DNA of 64,000 nt from Pavona decussata (GCA_977016875.1 CDRNST010000018.1:248001-312000); one strand, 5' to 3'. Shown: positions 47,779 to 60,803, numbered from the stretch's first letter. Translations and numbers: made by a program. Notes: a model not told the origin generated them from the letters alone.

Positions 47779-50700
47779 ATGTACAAGATAAGGAATGGGA
47801 AAAGGAATGGGGGGCTAGGCCGCGTGCTCTCCTGGCTCCAATAGATCGGCGGGTGTAGCGGTTCTTGTCCATCCGCGAAGCACCGCTAAACTCACTGATT
47901 TTCGGACCGATCTCTCCGGTAGAGTGGTGACTGTTAAAATCGATCTTGACGGCAAGATCTTACAATGTAAACGTTTAAGCACCTAATAACCACTCGGACC
48001 GAAAACAATTTTTTGATTCCTTGTGGCGCTTCTCATTTCACAACATTGAGTCTATTGTTGCCGGTGATTTTAATTGCGTGCCAGATGTTGCGCTAGACAA
48101 ATGGGGTGGCGATGACAAGTTTGGAAACAGAGCTGTTTCGCAAGTCCATTCCTTTACTAACTCCCTGTCCTTAAAGGACTTTTATCGTATTACTCACCCG
48201 TCCGGGCGTTTGTTTACTTGGTTTCACGGTCCCCACTCCGTCAGTTGCCGGTTGCCGAAAAGCCTACTAAATATTTCTACCAACTCGAGAATCAACACCA
48301 ATCACGCAATATGATTAACGCACTCCGCGTGGGCGATCTTTCTGTCACTTCGACAAAAGATATCCTTCGCGAGTGTCACACATTTTATTCTAAATTATAT
48401 TCCGCTGAACCGGTTGACCTCCCCAGCCAAGATTGGCTTTTAGCTAACCTTGACCGCTTGCTGACATCCGAAGATCAGCAGAAATGCGAAGGCCCTCTAA
48501 TACTCTCGGAGTGTTATGAAGCTTTGGGTCAAATGTCATCTAGCAAATCGCCAGGCGCCGATGGACTTCTGGTGGAATTTTATCGTCGTTTCTGGGGTTT
48601 GCTTGGCCAAGATTTAGTTGACATACTTAATTATTCTTTCAATCACGGGGCACTCTCTGACTCGCAGTGTCTCGGCATCATCCGTCTTTTATTTAAGAAG
48701 GATGATCCCTTTGGCATCCTATGTCTGCTTAACACAGATTATAAAATATGCACAAAGGTTCTCGCTAATCGGTTACGCAAGGTTATTTCTCTTCTCCTAT
48801 GCGAAGATCAAACTTGCGGGGTCCCTGACCACAGTATTTTTGAGAACTTGTTTCTTATTCGGGACACGATTGATTACGTCAATCACAAATACCTCTCGGC
48901 GGCTCTTATCAGTCTCGACCAAGAAAAAGCCTTCAACCGGGTTAACCATGGCTTCCTTCAGCGGGTTTGAGAACGTTTTTAATTTCGGTCATCACTTCAA
49001 GCGTTGCGTTAAGATTGCCTACACCGATATTAAATCCTGTGTTACTAATAATGGTTGGCTTTCATCTCCTATCTCCCTGGAGCGAGGTGTCCGTCAAGGT
49101 TGCCCGCTCAGCCCATTGTTGTATTGCCTAGTGGTCGAGACACTAGGGCAGGCTATACGTTGCGACTCGAGTATAGAGGGAATTCCAATCCCTGGCTCCC
49201 GCGGCAAACAGAGCAAAGTGTCTCAGTATGCCAATGACACCACTTTAATTTTAGCTAACGAATTTTCTATTACTAAAGCTTTTCGCACTATTAACATTTT
49301 TGAAAAAGCCACAGGGTCTCGCCTTAATGCACAGAAGACCGAAGGCTTGTGGATTGGTTCTAGCAAGGGCAGATCGTCCGGCCCGGTGGACATCACTTGG
49401 GTGACAGACAAGCTTAAAATCCTTGGAGTGTATTTTGGCGTGATTGATCTAATTCATGCTAATTGGGATAACCACGTAACCAAACTAGAAAAACGTCTTA
49501 ATATGTGGAAATCACGCACGCTTTCCCTAAAGGGGAAATCCATGATTATTAATACGCTTGGTGCCTCGGGGCTTCGGTACACGGCTACTGTTTTGCCGAT
49601 GCCAGACTTTCTCCACACGAGGGTCACTAAGGCCATTTTTGACTTTCTGTGGAATGGCAAAACTGAGCAAGTCAAACCGGATACCTGCTACCTTCCTTTG
49701 GTGCTGGGTGGGCTTGCCGTCATTAACCCGGTCGAAAAAGCGCGAGCTCTTAAACTGCGGTGGGTTCCCGGAATCGGCGATCCGGCCTGTGTATCTAAAT
49801 GGGTATATTTTGCTCATTATTGGATGGGCCTAGCTCTGAGCCGCAAGGTGACTAGCTGCTCTTTCCTTCAATCAAACGAGGGTCCTAAGTACATAGGGGA
49901 TTCCCCCCGATGTATTTTTGCCACCTCATGACTGCAGTTGATCGAATTAGCCTTGATATTACACTTCTACCTGATTATCGTGTGAAAACCTTCTCCGCGA
50001 AACTCGTTCACCCCCGCCCCATCCAGCTGCCTTGCAAAGCTGCATAGAACTGGAGGCTAAACTTGCGACTACCCTCGCCTAAGATCTGGCCAGAAATCTA
50101 TGGTGGTCTGAGTACAAATTGGGAAGCGGATATAGCGTGGCGTGTCGCTCACGGCATCGTTAAAACACGCACCTATTTACACCGTTGGCTTCGGCTTAAC
50201 GTGAGTGACCGCTGCGCTGTATGCAGGCATGTTGAATCCTTTTCCCACGCCTTATGCCAGTGTTCCCTTATACCGACTGTCTGGACCTGGGTTCTTTCTA
50301 TTGTCAATCAGTTTTATTTTGTGCCTCTCGTTTTTTCACCATCTTTAGTTCTTTTCAAACACGGTCTCCCCTTGGGGAACCAACATGTCAAGTCTAATGC
50401 GATAGCCTGCTTTCTTTTCAATGTTACACTAAATGAGATCTGGTCAGCTTGCAATCTGCACACCTTTGAGGGCAAACCCTCCTGTGCTCAGGCCGTTATC
50501 TCGAAAATCAGGTCTCGTATTTGGGACCGCATACGCGCGGCATACAATTTGCATTTCGCTCACAGTCTTATCAAAGAGTGGTGCCATAAAAATGTTTTAT
50601 GCACTGTTGTCGATAAGTTTCTGCGGGTTCTTATCTAGCTTCCCCTCCCAAGGCGAGGATTGCCTGGCCGCAACATGGCTCCCGGGGCAGTCCTCGCCCT

Positions 50701-51060
50701 GGGACGTGTGGACCCTGGGCCCTTCTAGTTATTATATATGTTTGGGGAGAGGGGTGGACATGGCTGCGGCTACCACTCCCGGTGCCCACTCCTCCCCCCA
50801 CACGTTTCAAATATTAGTACTTCTTTCCTCACGGATGTATTTTGTGATTCTCATTTTTCTACATAATTTCAAGTGTATAAGTGTAATACTCTATTTTCCA
50901 CCGTATATCTTCACTTGATATTGTATTTTGTATTTCTCACGCTTCTACTACATTTGCACTGTATTAGCGTAATAATTTACTTCCCACTGCCATATCTACA
51001 CTTGATTGCGAAACTACTTTAACTTGAACTCAATAAAATTTATTTATTCAAAAAAAAAAA

Positions 51061-51214
51061 GTATCTGTTCTTATCAGCTTAACATCTAATACGCTGCTCA
51101 TTGAGCAGCTCATATATTAAACTGATTTTTGGAACTGGGCTGTGGAAAAGAGGCTTGCCTCGTCCCAGCCACGGGTTGCCTCGGTATAGCACTACGTCCG
51201 AGCGCGGCCCACTT
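51061..51214 (+). ncRNA. U2 snRNA 3' part (nt 36 to end)
   Basis: GTATCTGTTCTTATCAGCTTAA..., Sm site and 3' stem-loops. Confidence 0.93.
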
Positions 51215-51412
51215 CCCCTCGGGGAAGAAATAATCAACTAAAAACAGAATTGAAATTGAATTGAATTTTGTGTCTCTCTCCCCATAGGATGTACGTAGAC
51301 ACAGGAGAGTACTGACAGGACAAGTCCCGGATCTGATGGTCACTAAAAGAAAAACCACAAGGGATATAGGGGTAAGGCAATTTTTCCGTTGTCAAGGGGC
51401 GCAAAGCATTTC

Positions 51413-51431
51413 ATACTTACCTGACGCGGGA
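51413..51431 (+). ncRNA. U1 snRNA 5' fragment (nt 1-19), fused to a retrotransposon
   Basis: ATACTTACCTGACGCGGGA after the normal U1 upstream region, then unrelated sequence. Confidence 0.9.
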
Positions 51432-51894
51432 TAAACCTTGACAGGGGCATATCTCGTGGAGTCAGCATCCTTGTGGTACGGACAAGTTCTGGTAGACCAT
51501 CAAGTCAGGAATTTGGTAAGACCTTCTCATCTTTTCTACATCTTTATTGGTCTACGTCTTTATTGGTGACCCTCCCAGGGACTTCATGCTTGGCTTCTGC
51601 CGTAACCTGGGGTAAGCCAGTCTTTTCTTTCTTTCCTTGTTTTGGTTTTTTTGCTCTCTTCTTTTCTTCTTGGTTGGTTTTCGTTGCATTTTGTTTTTTG
51701 TTTGGCTCTTTGTTGTTGCCCCTCCATTTTTTGGTCCCCTTTGGGGCGTCCTTAATTTGGTCGGGTTTTCCCTTGTTTGCGTGGGTCGCCCATCCATTTT
51801 TTGACCCCTTTGGGGCGACCTTAACTTTCTCTCTTTTTTGGTTTTGATTTTGTTTTTGTACAAGGGTTCGTCCCTTATTCTTTTTTGTAGTTCT

Positions 51895-52343
51895 AAAGGG
51901 ACATAGACCCTTTCTATAGTGCCATTATCTTAGTATTTGTAATTGTACTTCTAGTTTTGAGGGGGACAAAGACCATTCTCCTTTAAAATATTTGTAGTAT
52001 TTAGAGGGGACAAACACCCTTTAAATAGTATTACATCCATTTTTCTAGTAATAATTCCTGTAGTATTAAAGGGGACAAAGACCCTTTAATTTAATATTTT
52101 TTTCTTGTGTGTTCTTAACGGGGACATAGACCCTTTAATAGTTATTATCATATTCTTCATTATAATTGTAGTATTAAAGGGGACATAGACCCTTTAATTT
52201 AATATTTTTTGTGTGATATTAAAGGGGACAAAGGCGCTTTAATAGTGTTTTCTTCATCTTCATTATTATGAGGGGCCCCTCCATTTAAAGTTATATATTT
52301 AATCATATTACTTGTAGTGTTGAAAGGGGACAAAGACCCTTTT
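51895..52343 (+). repeat. Eight spaced hairpin repeats AAAGGGGACAWAGACCCTTT in the 5' UTR
   Basis: Copies at ~51895, 51959, 52003, 52068, 52117, 52176, 52221 and 52323. Confidence 0.9.
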
Positions 52344-52798
52344 AATTTAATATTTTGTAAACTTAATCATGCCTCCCTGTAATAGGAGGACCGTTATTAT
52401 TAAGACAGGGAATTTTCCCTCGTCTTCAAGTGCGGCCGAGATGGTTGAATCCATTACCAACCATCTTCAAGTTTCCCGTGTTGAGGCCGTTCAACTTATG
52501 CGTGGCCATCAGGCCAGAATTACTTTTAATGCCGTGTTTACACTTGGGATTTTTACCGCGGTTTCAGAGTTTACCTACCTAGGTAAATTTTTGGTCAATG
52601 TAAACATCAATTAATACCTCAGTAAATGCGGCGAAAGACAAAGGAAATTTGACCATGGTAAAAGTTATAACTATGCAGTGATTTGGCATGGTTTAGCTCG
52701 GTAACCGGGGTCAAATTGACAGATATATCCGGTTTTGGTGTCATGTTATTTGATTTGCCGCAAAGTTCAGATCTGCTTCGTCGGGGCTTCGTCAAAAT

Positions 52799-54085
52799 AT
52801 GGAAGAAAATAACGATAGTGAAACGTTTTTGAATATTTACGGCAGCCAGTCCGAAAGGTAAGCAACATATTCTATCTCTACTTCACTCCATTCAAACTAT
52901 TTTATGTTTTTTTTCTTCAGTGTATAAAACAGTTTGTTTATTTTATCTCTATTTTCTTGTAGGCAAGATCTGCAGTACTCGCAGTATTCGCGAATGAGCG
53001 CGCCATACCCATACGCATACCCTGGCTCATACTATAGCTACCAGCCTCAATATGCTCTGCCACCGTGGGAAATGCACTCCACTGGGCCTAGTTCAGAATT
53101 ACCTAGCCAGTCCCAAGACAGCCACACCAGCAAAGGGCAAAAGAAAAAAAATCGGTGGACGGACACGGAGGAGAAAATATTAATTGAGTTGTTCGGAGAA
53201 AACGAGGAAAGGCTGCGCTATAAATCCTTCAATTCGCCAAAATGGCAGTCTATAGCCCACCAGCTGCATTCCAAATGCAGAGAAGAAAGCGTTGAAAGCG
53301 ACAAAACGCCTCAACAATGCAAAAACAAGATGGCAAATTTAACAAAGAAATATAAAGGCGCAAAGGACAAACTCCGTTCAATAGGATATGGCAGAGGAGG
53401 TGATGTGTCCGACAATGAAAGTGAAGGCGATGAAGGGCAAGACCTAATTCCCAAACACTTCAATGATATAGACGAAATTATGGGAAAAAGAGAATCGGTC
53501 GATCCACGCCACGTGCTTGAGAGCAGTTCTCACGTCGTGGACGTCAATAGCTCACCGGAAATATCGCAAATGGACCGCGATATCCAAGAAAAAGAAGGCT
53601 TGGATGAAGAAATTTATAGAGCTGCCCGAAATCAAAGAAAGAGGTCTGCTCATAGGGATGTATCCCCTCAAGCTGGAACTTCTTCTGAATGCGCAGAGCC
53701 TTCCAATCCCGATAACTCTGATGACGACAAGGCGCTTGACTTCGCTAAATCCCTGTTTTTTAAAAGTAAAGGAAAAAACAAAAAGCCATTGACCAGCACA
53801 CCGGGGCAGCGCGAGGCTGACGTGGATAAAAAGCCAGCAAGGAAGCGCGCCGCCTAGGAAAAGCCAGCGAAGAGAAGTATCCGAAAGAAGGGGAAATGCC
53901 CATCTGGAGTGGACGAGCCCACGTTGTTGTCTTTTCTAGAATGGGTGCAAGAAAGAGACGAGGCATTTATGGAAAGGATGGCTGAGGCTGACAGGCAGCA
54001 CAAGAGAGATCAACAAAAGTTTTCTATGGATGCCTTGGCAATGCTCGGGAACATCCTTAAGGACGTTAGTAACGGAAAAGAATGA
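52799..54085 (+). pseudogene. Harbinger Myb/SANT-like (trihelix) DNA-binding protein; intron 52858-52962
   Basis: RWTDTEEKILIELF...WQSIA...KTPQQCKNKMANLTKKY. The GT-AG intron is in phase; there is a late frameshift or stop. Confidence 0.82.
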
Positions 54086-54114
54086 ACATGCAAATACGCC
54101 CTTTCACTTTTTTA

Positions 54115-54608
54115 TTATTGCATTCTGTTGTCTGGAAATAGTAAATTCAACATGGCTGTACAACGTCCAATACCAAATTGCAGCCCTGTAGATCGGTATG
54201 TGTCACCAGTTGCTAGTCGCCATAATGCCACCGCTACTCGCTTCTGCACTGGAATAGATTGCCGCAGCCTGGTGTCTTTCTTTGCCATCTGCGGACCAGC
54301 CACCCGCACAATAAACTCAAATGACGCCTTGATATTCGGAAGTTTTCCTTCCACCAGTCTTCAACAAAAGCTCCATGTAATAGATTTTCGAACCAAAATT
54401 GATTCCTTGGCCATGTCCAAACGTGTCTCGCGCGCCTGCTATTTCGTTGAATAATTTGGAGTAAAATCATCCGTTTTTGCCTCACTTTCTTGAGGTGCTG
54501 TAATAATAACAGCTGCTGTAATCGCGAGGCTTCTATTTGCTGCTCAAAAACTAAAAAGTAAAAAGCAATGACTATAAGAGGCACAGCTCTTCGGTTGATA
54601 GCGACCAT
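54115..54608 (-). pseudogene. Harbinger transposase N-terminal fragment
   Basis: WWKENFRISR, DTRLRQSIPVQKRVAVALWRLATGDTYRSTGLQFGIGRCT; the catalytic region is missing. Confidence 0.88.
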
Positions 54609-56839
54609 GTGTCAAAACCACGCGCAATAGCTTGTACTTCCCGCCAATTCGATTTGTATCATGTTTATTTGTCGGTGTTGACAGATCAACTTAAGTTATT
54701 TGAGCCAGTATAAACACTGTACAAATGTACCATGGTTTAGTTACTTGACCTCAGTTAATTTTGAACCGCGGTAAACGTTCGAATGTAAACACGGCATAAG
54801 AAGGTCGAAGCAAAAACTATGTATGAGGCTTTAGGCGAAATGACCATTAAAGATGTTGTTTGTCCCGTGTATATTCCAAGGTACACATCCCAGGTTATGG
54901 TGTATCTTTATCCTTTTGAGGGGGATAACCAGCATGTTAGTAAGGCTTTATCTCCTTTTGGTACCCTCCAGGACATCCGTCATCAGGAGTGGTCTAATGT
55001 TGAGGGTGTTCCTACGGGCACCCGGCTTGTTAAGGTCATTCGTCAGCACCATATTCCTCGGTTCAATTTTATCGACGGTTTTAAATGCAAGGTCTGGTAC
55101 AAGGACCAGCCTTTGGAATGTGAGATTTGCCACCAGGGCCATAAGGCCAATGTGTGTCCCTTGAGAGGGAAATGCCTCCGCTGCCGTCAGGCTGGGCATT
55201 TTGTTGCGGAATGTCCCAACCCTCCTTGGAATCATGATGATCCTGCCCCGGCAGCCGCTAGTGCTGATGCCAGTGCTTCGGCTGCACCATCTTCTGCTGG
55301 TGACACTTCTTCTGTGGTGGATCCCCCTTCTAGCATTATTGTCCCTGATGACAGTGTTAACGGTGCATCTGTTTCTGCTGCACCTCCTTCTTCTGACGCG
55401 GTTGCCTCTGCGTCAGTTTTGTCTCCTGTTGATTTAAGGGATAATCAGTTGGATGAATTCCCCCCGGATTCTCAGCCTGCCAGCCAGAGTGTTCTGGGTG
55501 GTCTTAGTGTGGTTTCACCTTCCGGTGATGTTCTTGCGGGCTCTGCAGATGGTCTGTCCCAGAGTGACCCTCGTTCGGCTCCCGTTTCTCATTTGCAGTC
55601 TTCGGAGGTCCCTTCGTGTGGTCCCTCCTAGCCCATGTCTGCTGAACGTTCTTGTTCACCTTCTGAGTTGGCTGGATCCCCTCTTGTGGCCTCTGTGTTC
55701 TCTGAGGTCTCTCTGGCCGTTGTGTCGGATCCTTTATCCCTTGAGTTGGTTGGTTCGTCTGCTGTGGCTTCAGATTCCTCTGAGGATTCTTTGGCCAATG
55801 TCTCGTCTGTTCCTCCCGATCCCGGTGTTCGGGAGCGGTCAGCTGAGTTGGTTCCCGATGTTTTTATGGCCTCAGAATCCTCTAAGGACTCTTTGGCCAA
55901 TGTCTCTGAACGTCTGCTAGTTGAGTTTGTTGCTCCTCAACCTCCACCTCGGGGAAATCGTCGTTCTCGTAAATCTTGTCCGGTGAGTTAGTCTGCCTTG
56001 GAGGCTTCGCGTTCTCGTTCAAATTCTAAGGGTTCTCGGCATTCATGGCCGTCTCCCCCTGCTGGGAAACACAAGATGCCGGCCTTACCCTTGGGCATTC
56101 CTTATTGTTCATGGCAGTTAACCTTTTATTTACCCTACTTATGGCTCTCAATGTTATTTCCGTTAACATCAATGGTCTTTGGGACTCTGACTCTGCGCGC
56201 GACTTTGTTTTGTTATGTTTCACATGGAGTACGGACGGTTGCAAGAGCAGAGCAGCAAGTGATTTAAGTGATTGCGAAGCAAGAAAGGGAAAAAAGGTAG
56301 GTTTGCTTTCGTTTACGGCCTTCTGTTGCTTTACTGTACCTATAATTTGACAAAAGAGAATGGCAATTACTTATGCTTTCCAACGTTATATACTTGCAGC
56401 GTGAAATGAATGAATGAACTGAGCTGAGCGGGCGATCGTGGAGCTGTGTTAAATATGGGAAGGAAGGAACAAACGAACAAAGCGCTGCCAGAAAGAAGTT
56501 CATCTGAATCGTGAGTAGATTTTCTTGTTGCTGGATTTGTTTAGTTGAATGAGCTTTTCAAGTTTTCGTTTCGTTGCAAAAAAATTTCTGTCTCCGCGCG
56601 CTGATTTCCGACCGTTATTAAATAACCGTTGGAAAGATTGCGCTGTTCGTTGTGTTTGATTGTAGTTAAATGAATGATTGCTTGATTTTCCTTGCCGTGT
56701 ACTTGATATTCACGTCTAAAAGGCGCTGGAATTTCATTCAAATCGAGTTTGTGTCGTCTTCGTTATTGTTGCTTTGAATAATTTGATGTCATAGGCGAAA
56801 TTTAAACATTCTCGCGCGCTCACGAACTCAGACCGCACA

Positions 56840-56889
56840 TTGAGAGGATTGCCTCCTTGATCACAGTACCTACTGCATGAGGTAAGTAT
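56840..56889 (-). ncRNA. Inverted U1 snRNA 5' fragment (~50 nt)
   Basis: Reverse complement ATACTTACCTCATGCAGTAGGTACTGTGATCAAGGAGGCAATCCTCTCAA, plus the U1 upstream flank. Confidence 0.85.
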
Positions 56890-57053
56890 GAAATGCTTTG
56901 CACCCCTCGACAACGATCGAGTTGTCACGGCTAGCCGCTCAAAAGAACGAAACGCGATCACCTTGTCACTTTCACGACCTACTCTAGGGAAAAAGCTAGA
57001 TGTATCCTGTGACACCTTCCCTATAAAGCAGTAAATTTGCGCCCCTTTCCCTT

Positions 57054-57091
57054 GTCTATGACCATACCACAGGGAAAACACCGGTTCTTGT
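57054..57091 (+). rRNA. 5S rRNA 5' fragment (nt 1-38) in an inverted segment
   Basis: GTCTATGACCATACCACAGGGAAAACACCGGTTCTTGT. Confidence 0.9.
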
Positions 57092-59960
57092 GCTGCGAGC
57101 ACTTTTCCACTTCTCCTTGCGTTTGTAGACTCCCATCAGCGGTGTATTTTACCGTATCGTTGTATAAGGATATTGTGCACAGATGTTGAGAGTTTCATGG
57201 GCCGTTGCTGTCTCTGTTCGCCTAACCAATTTTCGCTTTGTGTCTGGGGAATATGGCCGACCGGAAGCGTCGCTCCGTGACATTCCGCGCGCCTTCTACT
57301 TTCACTCTTAAAGAGATCAGGGATGCAATTGTAGCAGAAATTGGCGACGAATCACTTACAGTACTGTAACAACTCTCACCTGGAGAATTCCTCATGGAAA
57401 CACTCACCACTGCCCCAAGCGGAAAATCTCATTGAATCAAGCTTTGACTGCGGAGACCTCCACGTGGCATGTAATTCGCCACGCGGCTTCTACACAAATG
57501 TGAGTATTCTTGGCCTCAGAGCTTACATTGATGATGCTCAAATTGTTGAGGTCCTTAGTTAGTATGGGGAAATCAAGGACAACATCATCCGACTGAGATA
57601 CAAAGCTGACTATGACCTCGCAGGCTTAGAAAACGGAAACCGTTTGGCACGCATGATTCTTAACAAGCCGTCTATTCCATATTCGTTAAAAATCGGCGAT
57701 GAATGGTGTTGTATCATACACAGCAATCAGCAGCCTATTTGCCGCGAGTGCAACGAGCTCGACCATTCTCCTCGCCGATGCCCTCAAATTGTTTGCCATT
57801 TGTGCCACCAAAATGGCCACATGCCTAATGACTGTGAAGAACGATTTAACTTCCCCCCCCCGTACCTCAATCGACTGTACCTCCAAATCAACGCCAGAAC
57901 CATCATCGACTGATGCAACACTACCAACTCAACCTCCTGAACCAGAACAAGACTTTGCAACTAATACCTCTTCTTCAGACCTGCCTTCAACCTAAGAACC
58001 CTCATCCACCGCTAGGACTCACACTGCCCTAGCTACAGACAGCCCTGCAACATCCACCCCACCCCTCGACACCAGCCTACACCCCATGGAAGTTGAACAC
58101 GCCGCGAAAAATCTCAAGTGTCCTCACAACACCAACGAATCTGACTCCGACACTTCTACTAAAGCTCCGCAGCGACGCCCACGAATAGTACCTAGACCGA
58201 ACCTCAACCCTGCTCGGCCTAAAGGACAACACGACCCGCCGACCAGCAAGACCCGCGCTTGAATCACCACTCCCCCTACTATCATCACCATGGCTTTCCG
58301 ACCGTTTCTCCTCTCTTTATTCATCATGCGCAGCATCGTTAGTCTAAATACTCAGGGGCTCAGGTCTTGCGACCGCCGTCATACCGCCTTTACTTTCTTC
58401 AAACGTCACAAATATGATTTTATTTTCTTACAAGAAACTCACTGGACTTCAGAGCTACAAGACTCCATCTTACGCGATTGGGCTGGGCCCATCTTTTTTA
58501 ATCATGGAAATGCTTCGGCACTTGGCGTCGCAATTTTTTTCAACCCGCACTTGGACTACACCTTAATTGATCGTCAACATGACTCTACTGGCCGCATACT
58601 TCTATCCTAATCAAACTGGACGACCAACTCCTCCGCCTTACAAATATCTATGCCCCTAACACTGATGCCGAACGACGTATCTTTAATGTTGACCTCGAAA
58701 ACTACCTATCCTCTTCTCACAATAATATCCTCGGTGGTGATTTTAACCGTATTATTGACAGCAAATTAGATAAACATGGCGGTAACCCTGCCCCGCAACA
58801 ACATGCCAATCATATCCTTCATCGCCTCACATCCCGCCTTGATCTTGTTGATATATGGAGAGAACGAAATCCACATAAAAAGGACTACACTTGGACAGGC
58901 CGGGATACACGTAACGATAATTCTCCCATCCGCACTCACATCGACCGCTTTTATACTTCCAAACCACTCAACCCTTATGTCAACACAACTTCCATTGTCT
59001 CCTACCCGCACTCCGATCACGACCTCATCCATATCACCTTTGATCTAGACAAACCGCCCCGAGCCCCTGGGTATTGGCATTTCAACAACACCCTATTAGA
59101 CGATGCCCTATTGGACCTCGAGATCCGTGATTTCTGGACCGACTGGCTTACAAAAAAGGCTCTTTTCGATACTCCACTCCAGTGGTGGGACCAAGCGAAA
59201 ACTAACTTTAAACGACTTTCAATTAAACGAGCTAAAACCAAACGGAAATTAGAAACCCACAAGCGTACACTTTTAGAGAAAAAACTTGAGAGCTTGCGAC
59301 AGAGAGCCGCGACCGGAAATGCCACACAAGTTGAGCAATATCTTCATGCTAAAAACAAACTCAAACTCCTAGACCAACGTGATCTCGAAGCAGTTCAGAT
59401 TCGTGCATAAGCTCGTTTTATGGAAGATGGTGAAAAAAGTACACAATATTTTTACTCTCTGGAAAAAGCTCGCCAAGCGAGACAATCTATCACTATGTTA
59501 AGAAAAGACAATATGGATACAATTAGTGACACCCGTGATCTTCTGTCTGAAACATGCAATTTTTACTCACCACTCTATACGGCCGAAGTCCTTGACCCCA
59601 CAGCACAACAATCTTTTTTTCAAACCGACATTCCTAAACTCTCGCCTGTTGCTCAACACTCCTGCGAAGGTCGTATTACTCGCGACGAACTCGCAAAAGC
59701 TTCGACAACTATGGAAAATAACAAATCTCCCGGTTTTGACGGCTTAACCACCAATTTTTATAAACATTTTTGGCCTCTCTTGGGAGCAGACCCTACACAG
59801 GTCTTTAATTTTGCCTGTGATAAGGGCCTACTCGCGTCATCACAACGCCGTGGAATTATCTCCTTATTATTCAAAAAAGGCGATCGCTCCAGACTTCAAA
59901 ACTGGCGTCCTATTACCTTACTGAACACCGATTACTAAATTTTGACTAAAGCCCTCGCCC
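57092..59960 (+). mobile_element. 5S-inserted Tx1 element, 3'-truncated within RT
   Basis: ORF1 57253-58262 is homologous to 1-615(-). ORF2 from 58326 has SLNTQG, LQETH, YAPN, GDFN, SDH, KSPGFDG and WRPITLLNTDY. Confidence 0.9.
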
Positions 59961-60683
59961 TCGAGTGATTTATAGCCACGGACTGACTGGTGCGATTGCC
60001 GAGAAAGGATTTCAAGGTAGGTTTGCTTTTGTTTACGGCCTTCTGTTGCTTTACTGTGCCTATAATTTCACGATAGAACGGCAATTACTTACGTTTTTCA
60101 ACTTACTTGCAGGGCAGCGTGAAATGAATGAACTGAGCTGTCGATGATCGTGGAGCTGTGTTAAACATGAGAAGAAACAAACGAACAAAACGCTGCCAGA
60201 AAGAAGTTTGTCTGAATCGTGAGTAGATTTCCTTGTTGCTGGATTTGTTTAGTTGAATGAGCTTTTCAAGTTGTCGTTTCGTTGCAAAAAATTTCTGTCT
60301 CCACGTGCTAATTTCCGGCTGTTATTAAATAACCGTTGGAAAGATGCGCTGTCTTTGATTGTCTTTGATTGTAGTTAAATGAATGATTGCTTGATTTTCC
60401 TTGCCGTGTATTTCATTTTGATGGCTAAAAGGCGCTGGAATTTCTCTGTTATTGTTGCTTCGAATAATTTGATGTCACAAAGTGTTAATTTGATGTCATA
60501 GGCGAAATTTAAACATTCTCGCGAGCTCACAAACTCGAACCGCACATTGCGCCTGTGTTCGAGCATTTGAATGGCTTTTTTGCGTACTAAATGGTTCGTA
60601 GGCGTTGAACTGTTTCAAGAAGGCCGTATCGATCGTTCGCAAAAGGCAAGATCGTTGATCGCTCGGAAAAAAATGTAAAAGGA

Positions 60684-60707
60684 AAGCCTACAACACGGGG
60701 TATTCCC

Positions 60708-60745
<38 letters not shown>

Positions 60746-60803
60746 GGCTTAACTTCGGTGATCGGATGAGAACCAGTGTTTTCCCTGTGGTATGGTCATA
60801 GAC
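60684..60803 (-). rRNA. 5S rRNA, full length
   Basis: Near-identical to 35148-35267. Confidence 0.95.

Larger units (their letters stand above)
39829..51060 (+). mobile_element. U2-targeted Tx1 element Y2, near full length, with two nested insertions and an internal deletion near 48250
   Basis: ORF1 starts at 39880 and resumes at 46263; ORF2 47340-50638; AATAAA and poly(A) joined to U2 nt 36. Confidence 0.92.
52530..54796. mobile_element. PIF/Harbinger DNA transposon, internally deleted (TAA TSD, TIR TGCCGTGTTTACA)
   Basis: TAA at 52527-52529 and 54797-54799, 13-bp perfect TIR, convergent Myb/SANT and transposase genes. Confidence 0.92.
51432..56193 (+). mobile_element. Tx1/L1-clade element inserted in U1 (long 5' UTR, ORF1, first codons of ORF2; remainder deleted)
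   Basis: ORF1 52369-52529 rejoins in frame at 54800 (ARITF-KKVEAKTMY...TGTRLVK...CKVWYKDQP, CEICHQGHKANVC, CLRCRQAGHFVAEC). ORF2 start MALNVISVNINGL is at ~56141. Confidence 0.82.

Noticed and set aside
51895-52343. CRISPR-like repeat-spacer appearance
   Set aside because: Eukaryotic retrotransposon UTR, spacers related to each other with a dimeric period, and no cas genes.
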